Under the pieces are notes generated by a model. The model did no database searches. It saw only the letters and a list, made by a program, of their open reading frames with translations, and had not been told where the DNA came from. DNA of 64,000 bases from Porphyridium purpureum. Taxonomy: Eukaryota. Below, piece after piece: positions 21,401 to 31,526 of the stretch; the stretch's first letter is position 1; each line of letters begins with the position of its first letter. The DNA lies in assembly GCA_008690995.1 (NCBI GenBank), contig VRMN01000003.1, forward strand, positions 930,001 through 994,000, in the 5' to 3' direction. The position numbers were made by a program, and so were the translations under genes.

Positions 21401-24390
21401 AAAAGCACGCAGTCGGTTGCGAGCTGGATAAATAACTTGAACGCGTCAAGAATGCTGCGAGCGAGGTGAAGATCGTCATCTTTTTCTCCTGCGCCCCCAC
21501 TTCCACTGGCGCCGCTCCCACCCGAACATTGCTCCAGCTGGATCGAAAGCGACGCGAGCACCGCGTGCCAGATCGATTCAAACATGAGACGTGCATGCCC
21601 TACATCGCTTGCGGTGATGTACATGTAATCCTTCTCCGCATCGCCGGGCTTGCGCTTACGTGCGCTAAAACGATGCCTGGTTTCGTCGAGCAGCTTTTCG
21701 CTTTCCGCCTTGAACATCTGGGACTTTTGACCAGCATCAAGACCGATCAGATTGAGACCGCGCGATAAACTTGACTGTGCCTCCATCTGCTTCGAGTCCT
21801 TCGTACCAGAACCGAGTTTAAGCGGCTGCGCGAGAATGCGATCGTAAATTCCACCCAAGAACGCCGGGTGCAAGTCGCGCCCGTCGTTGATACCACGATT
21901 GTTGCGCACAAACTCATCCTTGCTCATCTTCTTCTTGACCTGCTCATTGTGCTGATCCGTGTTCAGCATGATGATCGAATAGCCCAGGATCAGTGCGGTG
22001 TCTGCATTCGCAAAAGTCTCCGGGTTGCACTCGCAATAACGGTGTGCAAATTTCTCAATGATTCGCTCGATCTTCTGTGATTCGCCCGGAAGCCGAAATC
22101 GCATGAGATAGCGACGCAGCGCTTCGTCAAACTCCAGGTGCTGAAAGTCAATGGCGTCAGTGTACGCGTGCATGACCGCCACGTTGAATGCATCTACCTC
22201 ACCGAGGTATTCGCCCACTGTCGTAGCATCCAGACCGGCCGTGCTGCCTAGAAAGCGCGCCACCTCAGCCGGACTCTCTTCGCTGACAAGTCCAGTTTGT
22301 ACCCAGAATTTGACGCCTTTCTTTGGGGACCGATTGAATAATTCCACGCCAGATTCGACCTGCCTCTTATGCAGAAAGTTCGACTCAACGCTCGTCTCGT
22401 CATACTTGCCCGAGTCTCTACGTGCAAGTGCTGCAGAAGAGAGCATTGAGGGGCCATTTTGATTTCCCGCTCCTGGCAAAGGCGAGGGAGATAACGACGA
22501 AGAATGGGTGTGTCCCACTGTTTGGTCGTCACTTGTATCACTGCCAGCTGAACCCATCGCATCCGGTGATATATCGGTTGAATCCTTTTCATCGCTACCA
22601 CACCACTGCTTGAGTGACGAAAGAACTTGCAAAATACCGTCCAGCGCCATGCGACGCACCTGGTTCTGGTGCAGCTCGTCCGGACTCGAAAAGCGCAACG
22701 CAGCACAGAGCGCCATCACAGAGCGGGCAAATATGTGTGGGCTGGCCAAATCGCAGTCATAGTTCACGAAAAAGTCCACCATTACCTGCGGTTGCTCATA
22801 AATGCGCGCAAGAAACACGAGCGCACGCCGACGTCTAAGAAAGCCCGCGGTCGAGGATTCGATGAAGCGGAAAATGACTGCTTGACAAAGCGTTTCAAGC
22901 TCAAACTTGAGCCACGCACGCGAAGAGTCGCGCAAAATCAGTGTTTCCATGATACTCAGAGACAGGTCCACGACCGAAGACACGGTGCCGAGGCAGGATG
23001 TTATCAGTGCCGGTGCCAAGTGACACTTGAGTCCGTACAAAAACTGCTTGCTGACGCGAAAATTATGCCCGGATCCGGACACAATCAAGTTGAGCAACTC
23101 GAGCGCCATATGTTTGGACCGAATCGCGATTGACTCTTCAGGTGTTCCGTCCGGCACGTCTCTTGACGCCAGCTTACAAAATGAGCGAAAGATAATATAT
23201 GCGTCATGCTCATACACCGCACAAGCAGAGTCACCGACGTTGTTGATAATTTGCTCGTGTTCCAGCGTAAGATGTTCATTCTCGGTCTCGCTCCCAGGCT
23301 GCTGCCGTACATGCAAGGAGGCGTTGGCCGCCGCAGACGTCGCCGACTTGCCAAGCTGTGCTTGCATTCTCTGTTCATTTTGGGAGGCAGCGGCCCTTTC
23401 CATGCTAGAAAAGACGGATTCGACAAACTTGAGCAATGATTTTCGCGCCGTGTCTCGGTTCTCTGAAATCTGCATGTTCAGAAATGTGTTGTACAGCGTC
23501 TTTGCAGCGAGCAATAAGCCCGTGTCGTGCAGTCCTCGCTGCGTTGCGCAAGTGGCAGTCAGAATGAGCTGGTTGAGCCGCAAGTACACTGCATCATCCC
23601 CGACTTCAAGGGCCGAGTAGACAAGACGCAATATCTCATCATACGTGCTTGCGTCCTTGTCCAGGAAAAACGGCACAGAGCCTTTTGGTGCATCTGCACC
23701 CTGATGCATTCCGCCAAAAAAGCGCTTCTCCATCAATGTGTTCACATAATCTAAGCACGCCTCGACCGCAACGACCTTCTGGCTCTGCAAACACACAATT
23801 ATGGCATTTAGGCAGTCTGAACGCACTTGATGTGGTTCAATACTTCGATCTTTTGCAGAGCACGCTGCCTGCCTGCACGCTGCGCGCAAGTCCTTGTACT
23901 TTCTGCCGCTGGTGAGTGACACGATTCGGTTCATGAAAAATCCAGTGATGTCTGCGAATTCAGCCAATGACTGCTCGTCTATTTGGTACACGAAGTCTGC
24001 CAGCTCGTTTGAGCCGTCATTTAAGCCTCCTTCCACCTCTTCGTCGCCACGATTTCTAAGGTCGGTCTCGCTAGACGTCGGCGGTTGCCCTGTCCGACGA
24101 TCGTGTTCGAGCGGCACAATGACAGGCGACGGCGACTCGGATGCTTCCACCTCGACGGACATCAAGGCACTCTTTGTGAGCGGCGAGTACACGTTCGACT
24201 TGCTATGCTTGAATTCTGGGAACGCCTTTGTGCGGAGCGACTTTTCGTCGTCCATAAAATCGAGACTCTCGCGGCTTTCCTCGTGGCCCAAAGCTGGCGC
24301 CAGCGTGGAGGAGAGCCCGGAGCCTGCGCTGTGCTCTGTCATGAGACCCGCGCCTTCTTCTGCTCCAGCATCAGCCTCCTGCCGCTCCAT
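18466..24390 (-). CDS. Large ARF guanine nucleotide exchange factor, Sec7/BIG family
   Basis: HUS box FFVNYDCD, Sec7 domain FNRSPKKG...FRLPGESQKIER (glutamic finger)...SIIMLNTDQHN, and HDS motifs EELTNFSFQRRFLDPF, HSGWKPIF and QVPNLLRQE. Confidence 0.96.
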   Translation of the reverse strand: MERQEADAGAEEGAGLMTEHSAGSGLSSTLAPALGHEESRESLDFMDDEKSLRTKAFPEFKHSKSNVYSPLTKSALMSVEVEASESPSPVIVPLEHDRRTGQPPTSSETDLRNRGDEEVEGGLNDGSNELADFVYQIDEQSLAEFADITGFFMNRIVSLTSGRKYKDLRAACRQAACSAKDRSIEPHQVRSDCLNAIIVCLQSQKVVAVEACLDYVNTLMEKRFFGGMHQGADAPKGSVPFFLDKDASTYDEILRLVYSALEVGDDAVYLRLNQLILTATCATQRGLHDTGLLLAAKTLYNTFLNMQISENRDTARKSLLKFVESVFSSMERAAASQNEQRMQAQLGKSATSAAANASLHVRQQPGSETENEHLTLEHEQIINNVGDSACAVYEHDAYIIFRSFCKLASRDVPDGTPEESIAIRSKHMALELLNLIVSGSGHNFRVSKQFLYGLKCHLAPALITSCLGTVSSVVDLSLSIMETLILRDSSRAWLKFELETLCQAVIFRFIESSTAGFLRRRRALVFLARIYEQPQVMVDFFVNYDCDLASPHIFARSVMALCAALRFSSPDELHQNQVRRMALDGILQVLSSLKQWCGSDEKDSTDISPDAMGSAGSDTSDDQTVGHTHSSSLSPSPLPGAGNQNGPSMLSSAALARRDSGKYDETSVESNFLHKRQVESGVELFNRSPKKGVKFWVQTGLVSEESPAEVARFLGSTAGLDATTVGEYLGEVDAFNVAVMHAYTDAIDFQHLEFDEALRRYLMRFRLPGESQKIERIIEKFAHRYCECNPETFANADTALILGYSIIMLNTDQHNEQVKKKMSKDEFVRNNRGINDGRDLHPAFLGGIYDRILAQPLKLGSGTKDSKQMEAQSSLSRGLNLIGLDAGQKSQMFKAESEKLLDETRHRFSARKRKPGDAEKDYMYITASDVGHARLMFESIWHAVLASLSIQLEQCSGGSGASGSGGAGEKDDDLHLARSILDAFKLFIQLATDCVLLSERDVLVASLSRFAHPHDVLAPRKTAFTLRTLLLVASRDGVGLGDFWPQAIKYASWIAELRADVSGRLQTLSISQLEVPEIKAATATGTAGVSKEQEGELMGDHCETALDSSTRLVKDWVVEHAWKNKDPYEFRYGGVEVVPSEPGRNREAMIAFVGIFDDCSLTGLFSGSDRYSFAELLRLVDALLFQCASELRGSRTFCLVQFVRVLTANLRARSRIEWMQLWERITPFVTSCIVHPNLMISVYSIHMLTQLYLSFVQLKEELTNFSFQRRFLDPFVDAFGTPSCNAYTKEVILESAAAIVFSPQVTGKMHSGWKPIFAVFSAAAQSSNIFLRSEAFRLLENVLRGQNPNTDSRQTKSLAMSRELYLEVVTCLTAFSSCPTESISIAALEHLTARCPFMLTDGQVEGVVPVCLVEAVAAETKDVDRETFGFDDHVDEHVRVWLPTLLGLSNGVYDSRPAVRDTASDGIFQVLYEYGGLFSRGLWSLLFRGVLRPMFDEAQHLPGGQHHARDADNEKAASLWSATTGASLMNALIEIWVAHYARTRHLFKDILSLIRCLILQESELVAREGIRCLRRLLTEQAMCQVLEASEWDDIVNELQLLFERTQPAELIVDLRNAKDNVSVEEDEESDLPVGLVRQKGAVAIAASAAIDTVSTESKINFQVVRTKCVSQLLLIELLEDLVGANYLSLTTEQMTSLRVSLGECFAFAHAFNSNIDLRVFLWRAGYMSQVPNLLRQEMTSLRAMLRIMFWFHLDTKRDPTVHAHGGESNDKLLFQRCKDVLQSYVLSASNMNRSTLAARDAYAGEDSSNHAELQSMVPIVSFILESLEQVSSERLADLWDSMHELFLGLLEFGNYEVRAAAIRFMQRRIPRRIEATALLQPAEMILPRGIYDVAVVYRDEADARDVLRVCNETLSASASKLCSVENLPQHRRVEIYGALDLSRLEQALSRLPQSDSLTLKIRGSPGLEPSSSDE

Positions 24391-24780
24391 CTTTCCTCAA
24401 CACGACGAACAGACTTTGCGTCTGTGCTGTCTCTCCTTTGCCCCTTCCTCAGACCACGCGCCCGCACCAGCAACGCTGATCGCGCCCGCACGCAAAGTGT
24501 GAAACAGAAATTAAAGAAATAAACTTAATTAATATTAAACTCCGAACATATTAATATCAAAAAGCAGTAACCAAATAAGCCGATAGTGGCTAGCGGTTCA
24601 TCGGCTCTGTCCAGATTTTCAGAAGTGGAACGGAACCGCGCGCGGAGTTCAGGGAGAAAGAAAGCGAGAGAGAGGTGGAAGGGCGGGTGTGGAGGAGTTT
24701 GGGAAGCCGGTCGGACGGGTGTGGTGGATGGTCTAGAGCGTGGCAGAGGGGAGGATTGGTGGAAGGAATCAAGGAACAAA

Positions 24781-25821
24781 ATGATGAGGCTGGTGCGTGA
24801 GAAGCAGACGGCGTGGGTTGTGTCTCCGTCTGGGGCGGCGCGGAACGTGAGTGCACACGGATGTCGGGCTCGCGCCGCTGTGTCTGTGCTGTCAGAGAAG
24901 GCGCAGCGGCCGCTCGTCACCCCGAAGAAACGCGCGCCTGCGAGCGTGAGAATGATGGGCGACGTCGATGAGCAAGGCAGGGTCAGGATTGCGACCCCGT
25001 TTGGCGTCGTGCGCAGGGATCCTTACACGCTTCCCCCGATGGTATCCAAGGCTGCCGAAATGCGCCCGAGCGAGTTTGCCGACCAGTCGCGGCTCCAGGA
25101 GCTTCAAGAAAAGCTGACCATGCGCGATTCGCGACCGCAGTTGCAGGCGCTGCAGGAGCTGTGCTTCTTCCCGCCTGACCAGTCGGCGCCGCTTTTCATC
25201 AAGGTCGTACAGAGCTCAAACGACGAACTGGCTCGGAGCCAGGCGGTCTTCTCGTGCACGCTTTTCTTTGACTCTGACGGGCCTGAGGCGCAGAGTGCGT
25301 TTGACGCGATCAAGCAGGCACTGCTTTCGGATTCAAGCCCGACGGTGCGCTCCGCGGCAGCCAGTGCGCTCGCTTACGCGACGGCGCCTCGTTTTGAGTG
25401 TGCGCAGTTGCTGATGCGGCAGTTATTTGAAGACAGCGACTGGCTGGTGAAAATGTGCGTGGCGGTCGCGTTGGGTGCTGTGGGCGACGAGAACACTGGC
25501 GCACAGATGCTGCCATTTCTGACGCGCGCAGACCCGCGGAATTGCGAGCAGGACTCGCTGCTGATCCAGGGTATTATCGGCGCGCTTGGACAGCTGGGAT
25601 ACGAACCGTGCGTGGGAGAACTCGCGCGGTGGCTCAACACGAACGACCGCATGATCCGGCTCCAGGTCGCCGAAGCACTCAACATGTTTGACACGCCGCA
25701 GGCGCTCGCACTGCTTGAGGGCCTTGTGCAGGACGCCGACCAGCAGGTCGCACAACAAGCCACATACTCGCTCGATGCGCTTCGCAAACGTCGTGTGGAT
25801 CCCGGCACCAGCAAAGAGTAA
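24781..25821 (+). CDS. Plastid-targeted PBS-lyase HEAT-repeat protein, NblB-like (cyanobacterial origin)
   Basis: Presequence followed by HEAT repeats LARSQAVFS, SDSSPTVRSAAASALAY, FEDSDWLVKMCVAVALG, IIGALGQLG and IRLQVAEAL, as in cyanobacterial NblB-type proteins. Confidence 0.8.
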   Translation: MMRLVREKQTAWVVSPSGAARNVSAHGCRARAAVSVLSEKAQRPLVTPKKRAPASVRMMGDVDEQGRVRIATPFGVVRRDPYTLPPMVSKAAEMRPSEFADQSRLQELQEKLTMRDSRPQLQALQELCFFPPDQSAPLFIKVVQSSNDELARSQAVFSCTLFFDSDGPEAQSAFDAIKQALLSDSSPTVRSAAASALAYATAPRFECAQLLMRQLFEDSDWLVKMCVAVALGAVGDENTGAQMLPFLTRADPRNCEQDSLLIQGIIGALGQLGYEPCVGELARWLNTNDRMIRLQVAEALNMFDTPQALALLEGLVQDADQQVAQQATYSLDALRKRRVDPGTSKE

Positions 25822-25987
25822 AACGCCATCTGGTTAGAGTGTACCTCCCACTGTACTAGCATCAAATCGAATCGCGCTAATCACAGCTGCGCATGGAAAA
25901 ACGAACGCAGGTTTCTGCGTAGCCAGGCAGGACGCGCGGAACTGCGGTTTCGAGCGGCTTTGGACTTCCTTCGGGAGGAGGAGAAGG

Positions 25988-28060
25988 ATGAGCGCGCGGC
26001 GCGGAAGAGCGCCTCGGCGCAACTCGGGCATGTCGAGCCCTGAATTCAGGCCGGCGGGCGCGGGAGGCGGCCCGGACGCGGCTGTAATGGGCTCGCCCGT
26101 GCCGTGCATGCTGGGACAGCAGCCCACGCTGGCAAACTGTTGTATTGGGCTCCGGCCGGTGCACTGCCACGCGCTCGTGCACGCCATTGTAAACGACATC
26201 GATCGCGACGTCTTGTTGGCGCGGTACCGCGCGCTGCTGCTCAAAGTGAGCGCGGATACCGAGGCAACGCTGGACTGGGAACTCGTTGAGCTCGTGTACG
26301 TACGGACGAGAAGTCCTGTTGCGCTGAGCCCGCGCACGCGAAGGATCAGTGAGGAAGAAGTGGACACGGGTACACGCCCCACCTGCGCAATTTGTCTGGA
26401 TGAAGTCACGGCTCCTCGTGTGACACCCTGCGGCCATTTGTTCTGTCTCGTGTGTCTGATCCAAATGTTTGCGCACGAGAGCCGCCGCTGTCCTCTCTGC
26501 TCCGTCACTCTTGCCCCGGGTGACTTGAGAAGAGTGCGGTATCGAAGCACACACGCGCCACAAGTAGGCGAGCGTCTCGAAATGCGGCTGCTGATTCGAA
26601 AGCGAAAGTCCTTACTTCTGATCGGCAGTGCCGACGGTTGTGGTACCTGTGACGGTAGCAATGGCACTTTTGGCGACAGCGCATTGAATGGCGAGAATGT
26701 GTCAATAGCCATTGCACTGGAGGCGGAAGCACCCTTTTCCAGAATCTGCTTCTGCAACGAGCAAGATGTCCTTGACGCGATTCGTGAGGACATGGATGCT
26801 CTTCTGGCGATGCGGAATAGCGCACAACACGGCGAAATTGAATCTGTATTTGAATCTCTTGCACAGGTGGAGCTGGATAAATGCCGAGACTATCGCAAAG
26901 TAGTCAAGGCGGCTATGAAGAAGTCCGCGGAGGGAACGGCATCTGCAGACCGCATGAAGCTGAATGCCATGGTGAGTCGAGCCATTTTCGCTAGGTCCGC
27001 GGCATCCACCGGGAGTGGAAACATGATAGGAAATGTGAGTGCTGGACACCTCAGCTCGAGTAGGAACTGCAGTGGGAGAGGAACGGATGATGTCGACGCT
27101 TCGGTGTACTGGTTTCAAACGTGCGATGGACAGAACGTGTTTCTTGCGCCAATTTCATTCCGCATGCTGCTGCATCACTATGGTGACGTGGGCTCAAGAG
27201 ATAGTCAGTGTCCATCTCTCATCGATGGGAAGCTTCTTCGGATTGAGTACTTCATTATGTCACCAGAGACTCGGAAAAGGTTCAAGTTCCTTGCGCACTT
27301 GCCTCTTGGTTGCGAGTTTGGTTTGTGCGAACTCGACCTTCGAAGCAGCGGTTTAATCTCGGACGAGACCGCGTCAATCTTTGCTGACGAATTGGCAAAA
27401 TCTACAGCGAAAAGAGAACGTGTGTTGAAGCAGCAAAAACGGCGCGAGGATGCATACCATGAACACTTGCTTCGAAAGGAAAAAGAATCACCCGAGTTTT
27501 TGGCTATGCATGCGCCTGGCTATTGGAACATGCCTGCCATCGACCTGGCGACGCACGACCTGGAGCAATTCCCATCCATTCTGTCAAACGAGCCAGAGGC
27601 AGAAAACGGAAGTTCGAATCAGGCCATTGCGTCCAACATCTCTGAGCCGGGCGCTCGAAATGGTGAAGGGGGCTCACCTCCAGAAGCCGGAAGAATGGCA
27701 TCGCAATGGGGGAATGGATCGGAGGGGGTTGGCAAGGTCATCGGGAGCAACAGTCCGTATGGAAGCTACGCCACCATCACAGGAACGGCGGGCGGATATT
27801 TCCCACCGTTGCCGAGGGCAGGGATGGAGCTGACGGGTGGCTCATCTACGCAAGGCGGCACGGGAAGCCGATCAAGTCCCGGAAGCGCCTTCCTCGGAGG
27901 GAGCCAAATCACTCAGCCAACGAACGCGTGGTCGGGGAGCACGAGCATGCGCCAAGGTGAGGATGAGATTTCAGCGTCTGTTTCGGCCTCAAAGAAACAA
28001 CAGCGTTCTGGACAAAAAACCTCGTTGCTCAGTAATTCACATCAGCGCATGAGAAGGTGA
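25988..28060 (+). CDS. C3HC4 RING E3 ligase, RNF10/Mag2-like
   Basis: DTEATLDWELVELV, RING CAICLD...TPCGHLFCLVCL...CPLC, YWFQTCDGQNVFL and RKRFKFLAHLPLGCEFGLCELDL. Confidence 0.88.
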   Translation: MSARRGRAPRRNSGMSSPEFRPAGAGGGPDAAVMGSPVPCMLGQQPTLANCCIGLRPVHCHALVHAIVNDIDRDVLLARYRALLLKVSADTEATLDWELVELVYVRTRSPVALSPRTRRISEEEVDTGTRPTCAICLDEVTAPRVTPCGHLFCLVCLIQMFAHESRRCPLCSVTLAPGDLRRVRYRSTHAPQVGERLEMRLLIRKRKSLLLIGSADGCGTCDGSNGTFGDSALNGENVSIAIALEAEAPFSRICFCNEQDVLDAIREDMDALLAMRNSAQHGEIESVFESLAQVELDKCRDYRKVVKAAMKKSAEGTASADRMKLNAMVSRAIFARSAASTGSGNMIGNVSAGHLSSSRNCSGRGTDDVDASVYWFQTCDGQNVFLAPISFRMLLHHYGDVGSRDSQCPSLIDGKLLRIEYFIMSPETRKRFKFLAHLPLGCEFGLCELDLRSSGLISDETASIFADELAKSTAKRERVLKQQKRREDAYHEHLLRKEKESPEFLAMHAPGYWNMPAIDLATHDLEQFPSILSNEPEAENGSSNQAIASNISEPGARNGEGGSPPEAGRMASQWGNGSEGVGKVIGSNSPYGSYATITGTAGGYFPPLPRAGMELTGGSSTQGGTGSRSSPGSAFLGGSQITQPTNAWSGSTSMRQGEDEISASVSASKKQQRSGQKTSLLSNSHQRMRR

Positions 28061-28210
28061 GGCCCTGGGATGGGTCGAAGCGGCGTCATGGACTATGTAC
28101 ATTATCGAAATAGACGCGGAGGCGCGCCTGTGTAAATCTGGGAAACTGTTTCTGCTCCGCGCTCCTGCACTTTGTTGGCCGTTTCATTCAGCTCACCACG
28201 ACATCCTTTC

Positions 28211-28708
28211 CTAGTCGACGCACATGTAGCATTTGCCTCCACAGTCGTGACAGCGAAGCTTTTTCTTCCCGCAGCACGCGTCGCAAAAGAACACATACTC
28301 CTCGCCTGGTCTCCGTACAACGCCGGATGCACCGCACGTGTCGCATGGAACAAAGCCAGTGTCCTGGCACGTGGGACATGATTTACCTTCGTACTTTGGG
28401 CGCGCCTGTTGACTGGATGTCTCTTCTTCATCGAGCCATTGACTATCTTTGACCGTGGCGTCAACGAGGTATGACCTGCGCAGCTCTTCGGTCACCAAGT
28501 CGCCTAACTCTTCGAGCACAGTGATGAGCGCTCGATTCGCGGATCGCAAGCTCGTATCCATGCCCTGCAGCGAGATACGGCGATTTCGCACGCTGCCTCC
28601 GTTCAAAGCGCGGGTTGCATGCAACGAGCTTGCGACCTTCGGTTGGCGCTTTCCTGCGCTGACCAAACAGCGCCAGAGCGCATCTGTGCTGTGCACGAAG
28701 GCCACCAT
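28211..28708 (-). CDS. Plastid-targeted DnaJ-like zinc-finger protein (no J domain)
   Basis: MVAF... presequence; CxxCxGxG-like repeats CPTCQDTG, CDTCGASG, CDACCGKK and CHDCGG. Confidence 0.75.
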   Translation of the reverse strand: MVAFVHSTDALWRCLVSAGKRQPKVASSLHATRALNGGSVRNRRISLQGMDTSLRSANRALITVLEELGDLVTEELRRSYLVDATVKDSQWLDEEETSSQQARPKYEGKSCPTCQDTGFVPCDTCGASGVVRRPGEEYVFFCDACCGKKKLRCHDCGGKCYMCVD

Positions 28709-28877
28709 GATGAGACCTGACGGAACGGCACGCGCTTGTGCCGCAAAACGTGACGAGTGCAAGGGACTTGAAGTTGTGGAGCGACAAACCAAAAGGTCAG
28801 CGTACAAATTTATGAGCGTGGGTGTGTGTTTGTTCTACAAGATTATGTGAGAACATTCTGTACTTGTACCGAAATGG

Positions 28878-29768
28878 TCATGTTGTCGGGTCGCCACTGC
28901 TGCTGCTGGCGGGACCCGCCGCGAGCACATTTTTCCAAAGCTGGAATTCGACCTGCTTCATGGGATCCTTAACCACGTCCAACAGCATAGAACCGAGCTG
29001 GCGAAACGCGCTGTCTGTGAATACTATGTAACCGCCGATGTCATTCAGCATTTCGCCTTGATTCACGATTTGCATGAGGTCAACGCCTTCAAAGATCCCA
29101 AGCTTAAGCGGCTTGACCTGCTTAATGCGCTCCAGAAGCTCGCGGTTGCGCGCCGCGACGTGTTGCTCCGCGATCGGATCGACGCTATGCAGTGCGCATG
29201 TGCACACCACGACTTTCTTGCGCAGTTTAGTCAACTCTTTGGCCGTGAGCATGATGTTTTCTGCTGAGCGCTTTGGCGCAATGCCAGCCTTTTCATCTTC
29301 ACTCCCCACAAGAATCACGACCACGTCTGCGTCCCTATACTTGCCCTCGGCGCCAAATACCTCGTCAAAGTAGTTCCCTTTGTTTTCTTTCGGAGACGCG
29401 GCCGTCTTCTGTGAGTCCGCGGGCTTGTCGCTTCCGGGAACCCACTGCTCCGACGTACTGAACTCGCGCGCATCCGACACGATTTTCCAATTCAGTAAGA
29501 GCTTGTAGTCCTCGCGCGCCCGGCCATGCATCATGAGCCGCCGCATCCTGCCGGCCAGGCCGCCGTGCACCAGTGAGTCGCCGATCCCCAGCGCAACTCC
29601 ATCTCCAACAAGCAGCAATGTCTTGACCTTGTCGCGCTGAAACTGTCTCGCCCAGATGGCCAACCCAACGTCCTCGCTCACGTAGCGCGCCCAGCGCATG
29701 AGGACCACATACAATGGCATCACCAGTACGGCGTACACCGTCGCCACCAGCTTGTTCAAGGCCTCCAT
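28878..29768 (-). CDS. SGNH/GDSL-fold protein with N-terminal membrane anchor, apparently catalytically degenerate
   Basis: Block I LLLVGDGVALG, block III ADVVVILVGSED, block V IGGYIVFTDSAF; N-terminal hydrophobic segment. Confidence 0.7.
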   Translation of the reverse strand: MEALNKLVATVYAVLVMPLYVVLMRWARYVSEDVGLAIWARQFQRDKVKTLLLVGDGVALGIGDSLVHGGLAGRMRRLMMHGRAREDYKLLLNWKIVSDAREFSTSEQWVPGSDKPADSQKTAASPKENKGNYFDEVFGAEGKYRDADVVVILVGSEDEKAGIAPKRSAENIMLTAKELTKLRKKVVVCTCALHSVDPIAEQHVAARNRELLERIKQVKPLKLGIFEGVDLMQIVNQGEMLNDIGGYIVFTDSAFRQLGSMLLDVVKDPMKQVEFQLWKNVLAAGPASSSSGDPTT

Positions 29769-29972
29769 GATTCACCTTCGCCCTGCACGACGACGCGCAC
29801 CGGGCCGGACGATGACAAGAACTTGGCAGCTGCGGCCGAGAAATTTCTAGCGCGAATCACACAAAGAGCAACCGGTTAGGGCTTTTTGTCGGAGCGAGAT
29901 CGTTTGATTTGGGTTATTCACTCACATCCATGATCTAGTTATGTATGGTGGGGGAATAGGCAGTTATTAGGC

Positions 29973-31364
29973 TTACGCTGTGGTGGTGGCGTTGAAGTCC
30001 GTGAATGCATTCGTGCCTTCTGTTGCCTGACCGGATCCTTCGGTCGCATCGAGCTTGTCCATGGTGACTTTCATTTGGGTCCAATTGGCAGGAAGTTCCA
30101 TGCCCGGAACGATGGGCGGGACCTGCTCGCGTAGCAGCCCCCAATTGGTTTCAGCAAACCACTTGTGTGACTTGATTTCTGACGACCCTCCGTTCGAGCC
30201 TAGACGCTTCTTGGCGTCGCGCGTGAGCAGCTTTTTGAGAAGCTCCTTGCATTCTTTGCTCACCGGGATGTCGGCTGGAAACTTGAGCTCCTTGGAGATG
30301 ATGTTTGCAAACGTGACATCCTGCACATCGCCACGGAACGGTGTCACGCCAAAAATCATTTCGTACATCAATACGCCCAATGTCCACCAATCCACGGCCG
30401 CGGTCTGCTGCTCGCCCGAAATCACTTCTGGAGAAAGATACTCCGCGGTGCCCACAAAGGACTTTGCATCACCTTCGAAAACAGGACCGGCATTCACAAT
30501 ATTCAACATGTCTAGGCGACTGCCGTTGTTGTTCTTCTTCCCAAAAAATCCCTTCTTCTTCTCCACGACCTGTGCACTCTGCGCCACGGCCTGCTTGCTG
30601 AGATCAAAATCCGACAGCGCCAGATGGCCGTCGGCACGCACAAGCACATTCTCTGGCTTCAAGTCGCGATAAACAAACCCACACGCGTGCAGGTACTCAA
30701 GGGCCGAAGTCACTTCACTCGTGTAGAAGCGCGCGTCCTGCTCATTCATGCGCTTTTCCGGGAGCGCCTGGAGCATGCGGTAAAACTCGCCACCCGCCAT
30801 GAGCTCCATGCAATAGAATAGCTTGTTGTTGGTCTGGAAGCTAGCGTACATTTTGACCACAAACGGGTGAGACGTGGTGGCCAGCACCTCACGCTCCGTC
30901 ATGACGCGAGCCACCTTGTTCTTCTTGACCATTTCGTCCTTTGTCACCACTTTGATTGCATATAACTTGGGCCGCTTGGACGAGTCGACCTCCTCACCGT
31001 CCGCCTCCTCCTTGAGCCGCGCCATGTACACAATGCCGATCGCGCCCTTGCCAATCTTCTTCATTTTGATAAATTTGCTGGCATGCACTTCCTCCGGCGT
31101 TAGCGGGAATTCCTCGCACTTGCGCACCGCGGTCTTTGCGAGCACGTCATTCGAGTCCGACACGGAGCCGCGAGGCGTCGCGTCCTCGGAGGCGTCCACC
31201 TGGGCGTCGGCGAGCAGCGACAGCGTCGAGCCCTTGCGCGGGGTTGCCACTGTGCTTTTCCCTGGCGTGGAGTCGCCGCCTGGCGTTGCGACGCCGCGCG
31301 GCGTGCTTGTCTTTGAGCTGCCTGAGAGCATGCTCATGTTCTTAATTTTGGCCAACGCCGCCAT
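29973..31364 (-). CDS. AGC-VIII Ser/Thr kinase (phototropin-kinase/Kin82/Nrc-2 type) without LOV domains
   Basis: GKGAIG, YRDLKPENVL, DFD in place of DFG (LSDFDLSK), VII-VIII insertion, SFVGTAEYLSPE and C-terminal FTDF. Confidence 0.92.
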   Translation of the reverse strand: MAALAKIKNMSMLSGSSKTSTPRGVATPGGDSTPGKSTVATPRKGSTLSLLADAQVDASEDATPRGSVSDSNDVLAKTAVRKCEEFPLTPEEVHASKFIKMKKIGKGAIGIVYMARLKEEADGEEVDSSKRPKLYAIKVVTKDEMVKKNKVARVMTEREVLATTSHPFVVKMYASFQTNNKLFYCMELMAGGEFYRMLQALPEKRMNEQDARFYTSEVTSALEYLHACGFVYRDLKPENVLVRADGHLALSDFDLSKQAVAQSAQVVEKKKGFFGKKNNNGSRLDMLNIVNAGPVFEGDAKSFVGTAEYLSPEVISGEQQTAAVDWWTLGVLMYEMIFGVTPFRGDVQDVTFANIISKELKFPADIPVSKECKELLKKLLTRDAKKRLGSNGGSSEIKSHKWFAETNWGLLREQVPPIVPGMELPANWTQMKVTMDKLDATEGSGQATEGTNAFTDFNATTTA

Positions 31365-31490
31365 GATGAAGGGCGCGCAAACTTACGCCGGCGGGCAAGC
31401 GGCCCAAATGGTGCAAGCGTGAGGGCCGGCCTAGTTCGTTGCTCTACCGATGGCCACAGCGCGCAACGTCCAGCGCGTGTCGAGTTCCGT

Positions 31491-31526
31491 TCTCTCTGTC
31501 TCTCTCTCCCTCTCTCTCTCTCTCCC
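31491..31526. repeat. Imperfect (CT)n microsatellite upstream of the AGC kinase
   Basis: TCTCTCTGTCTCTCTCTCCCTCTCTCTCTCTCTCCC; a (CA)n run also lies at 31700-31719. Confidence 0.75.
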
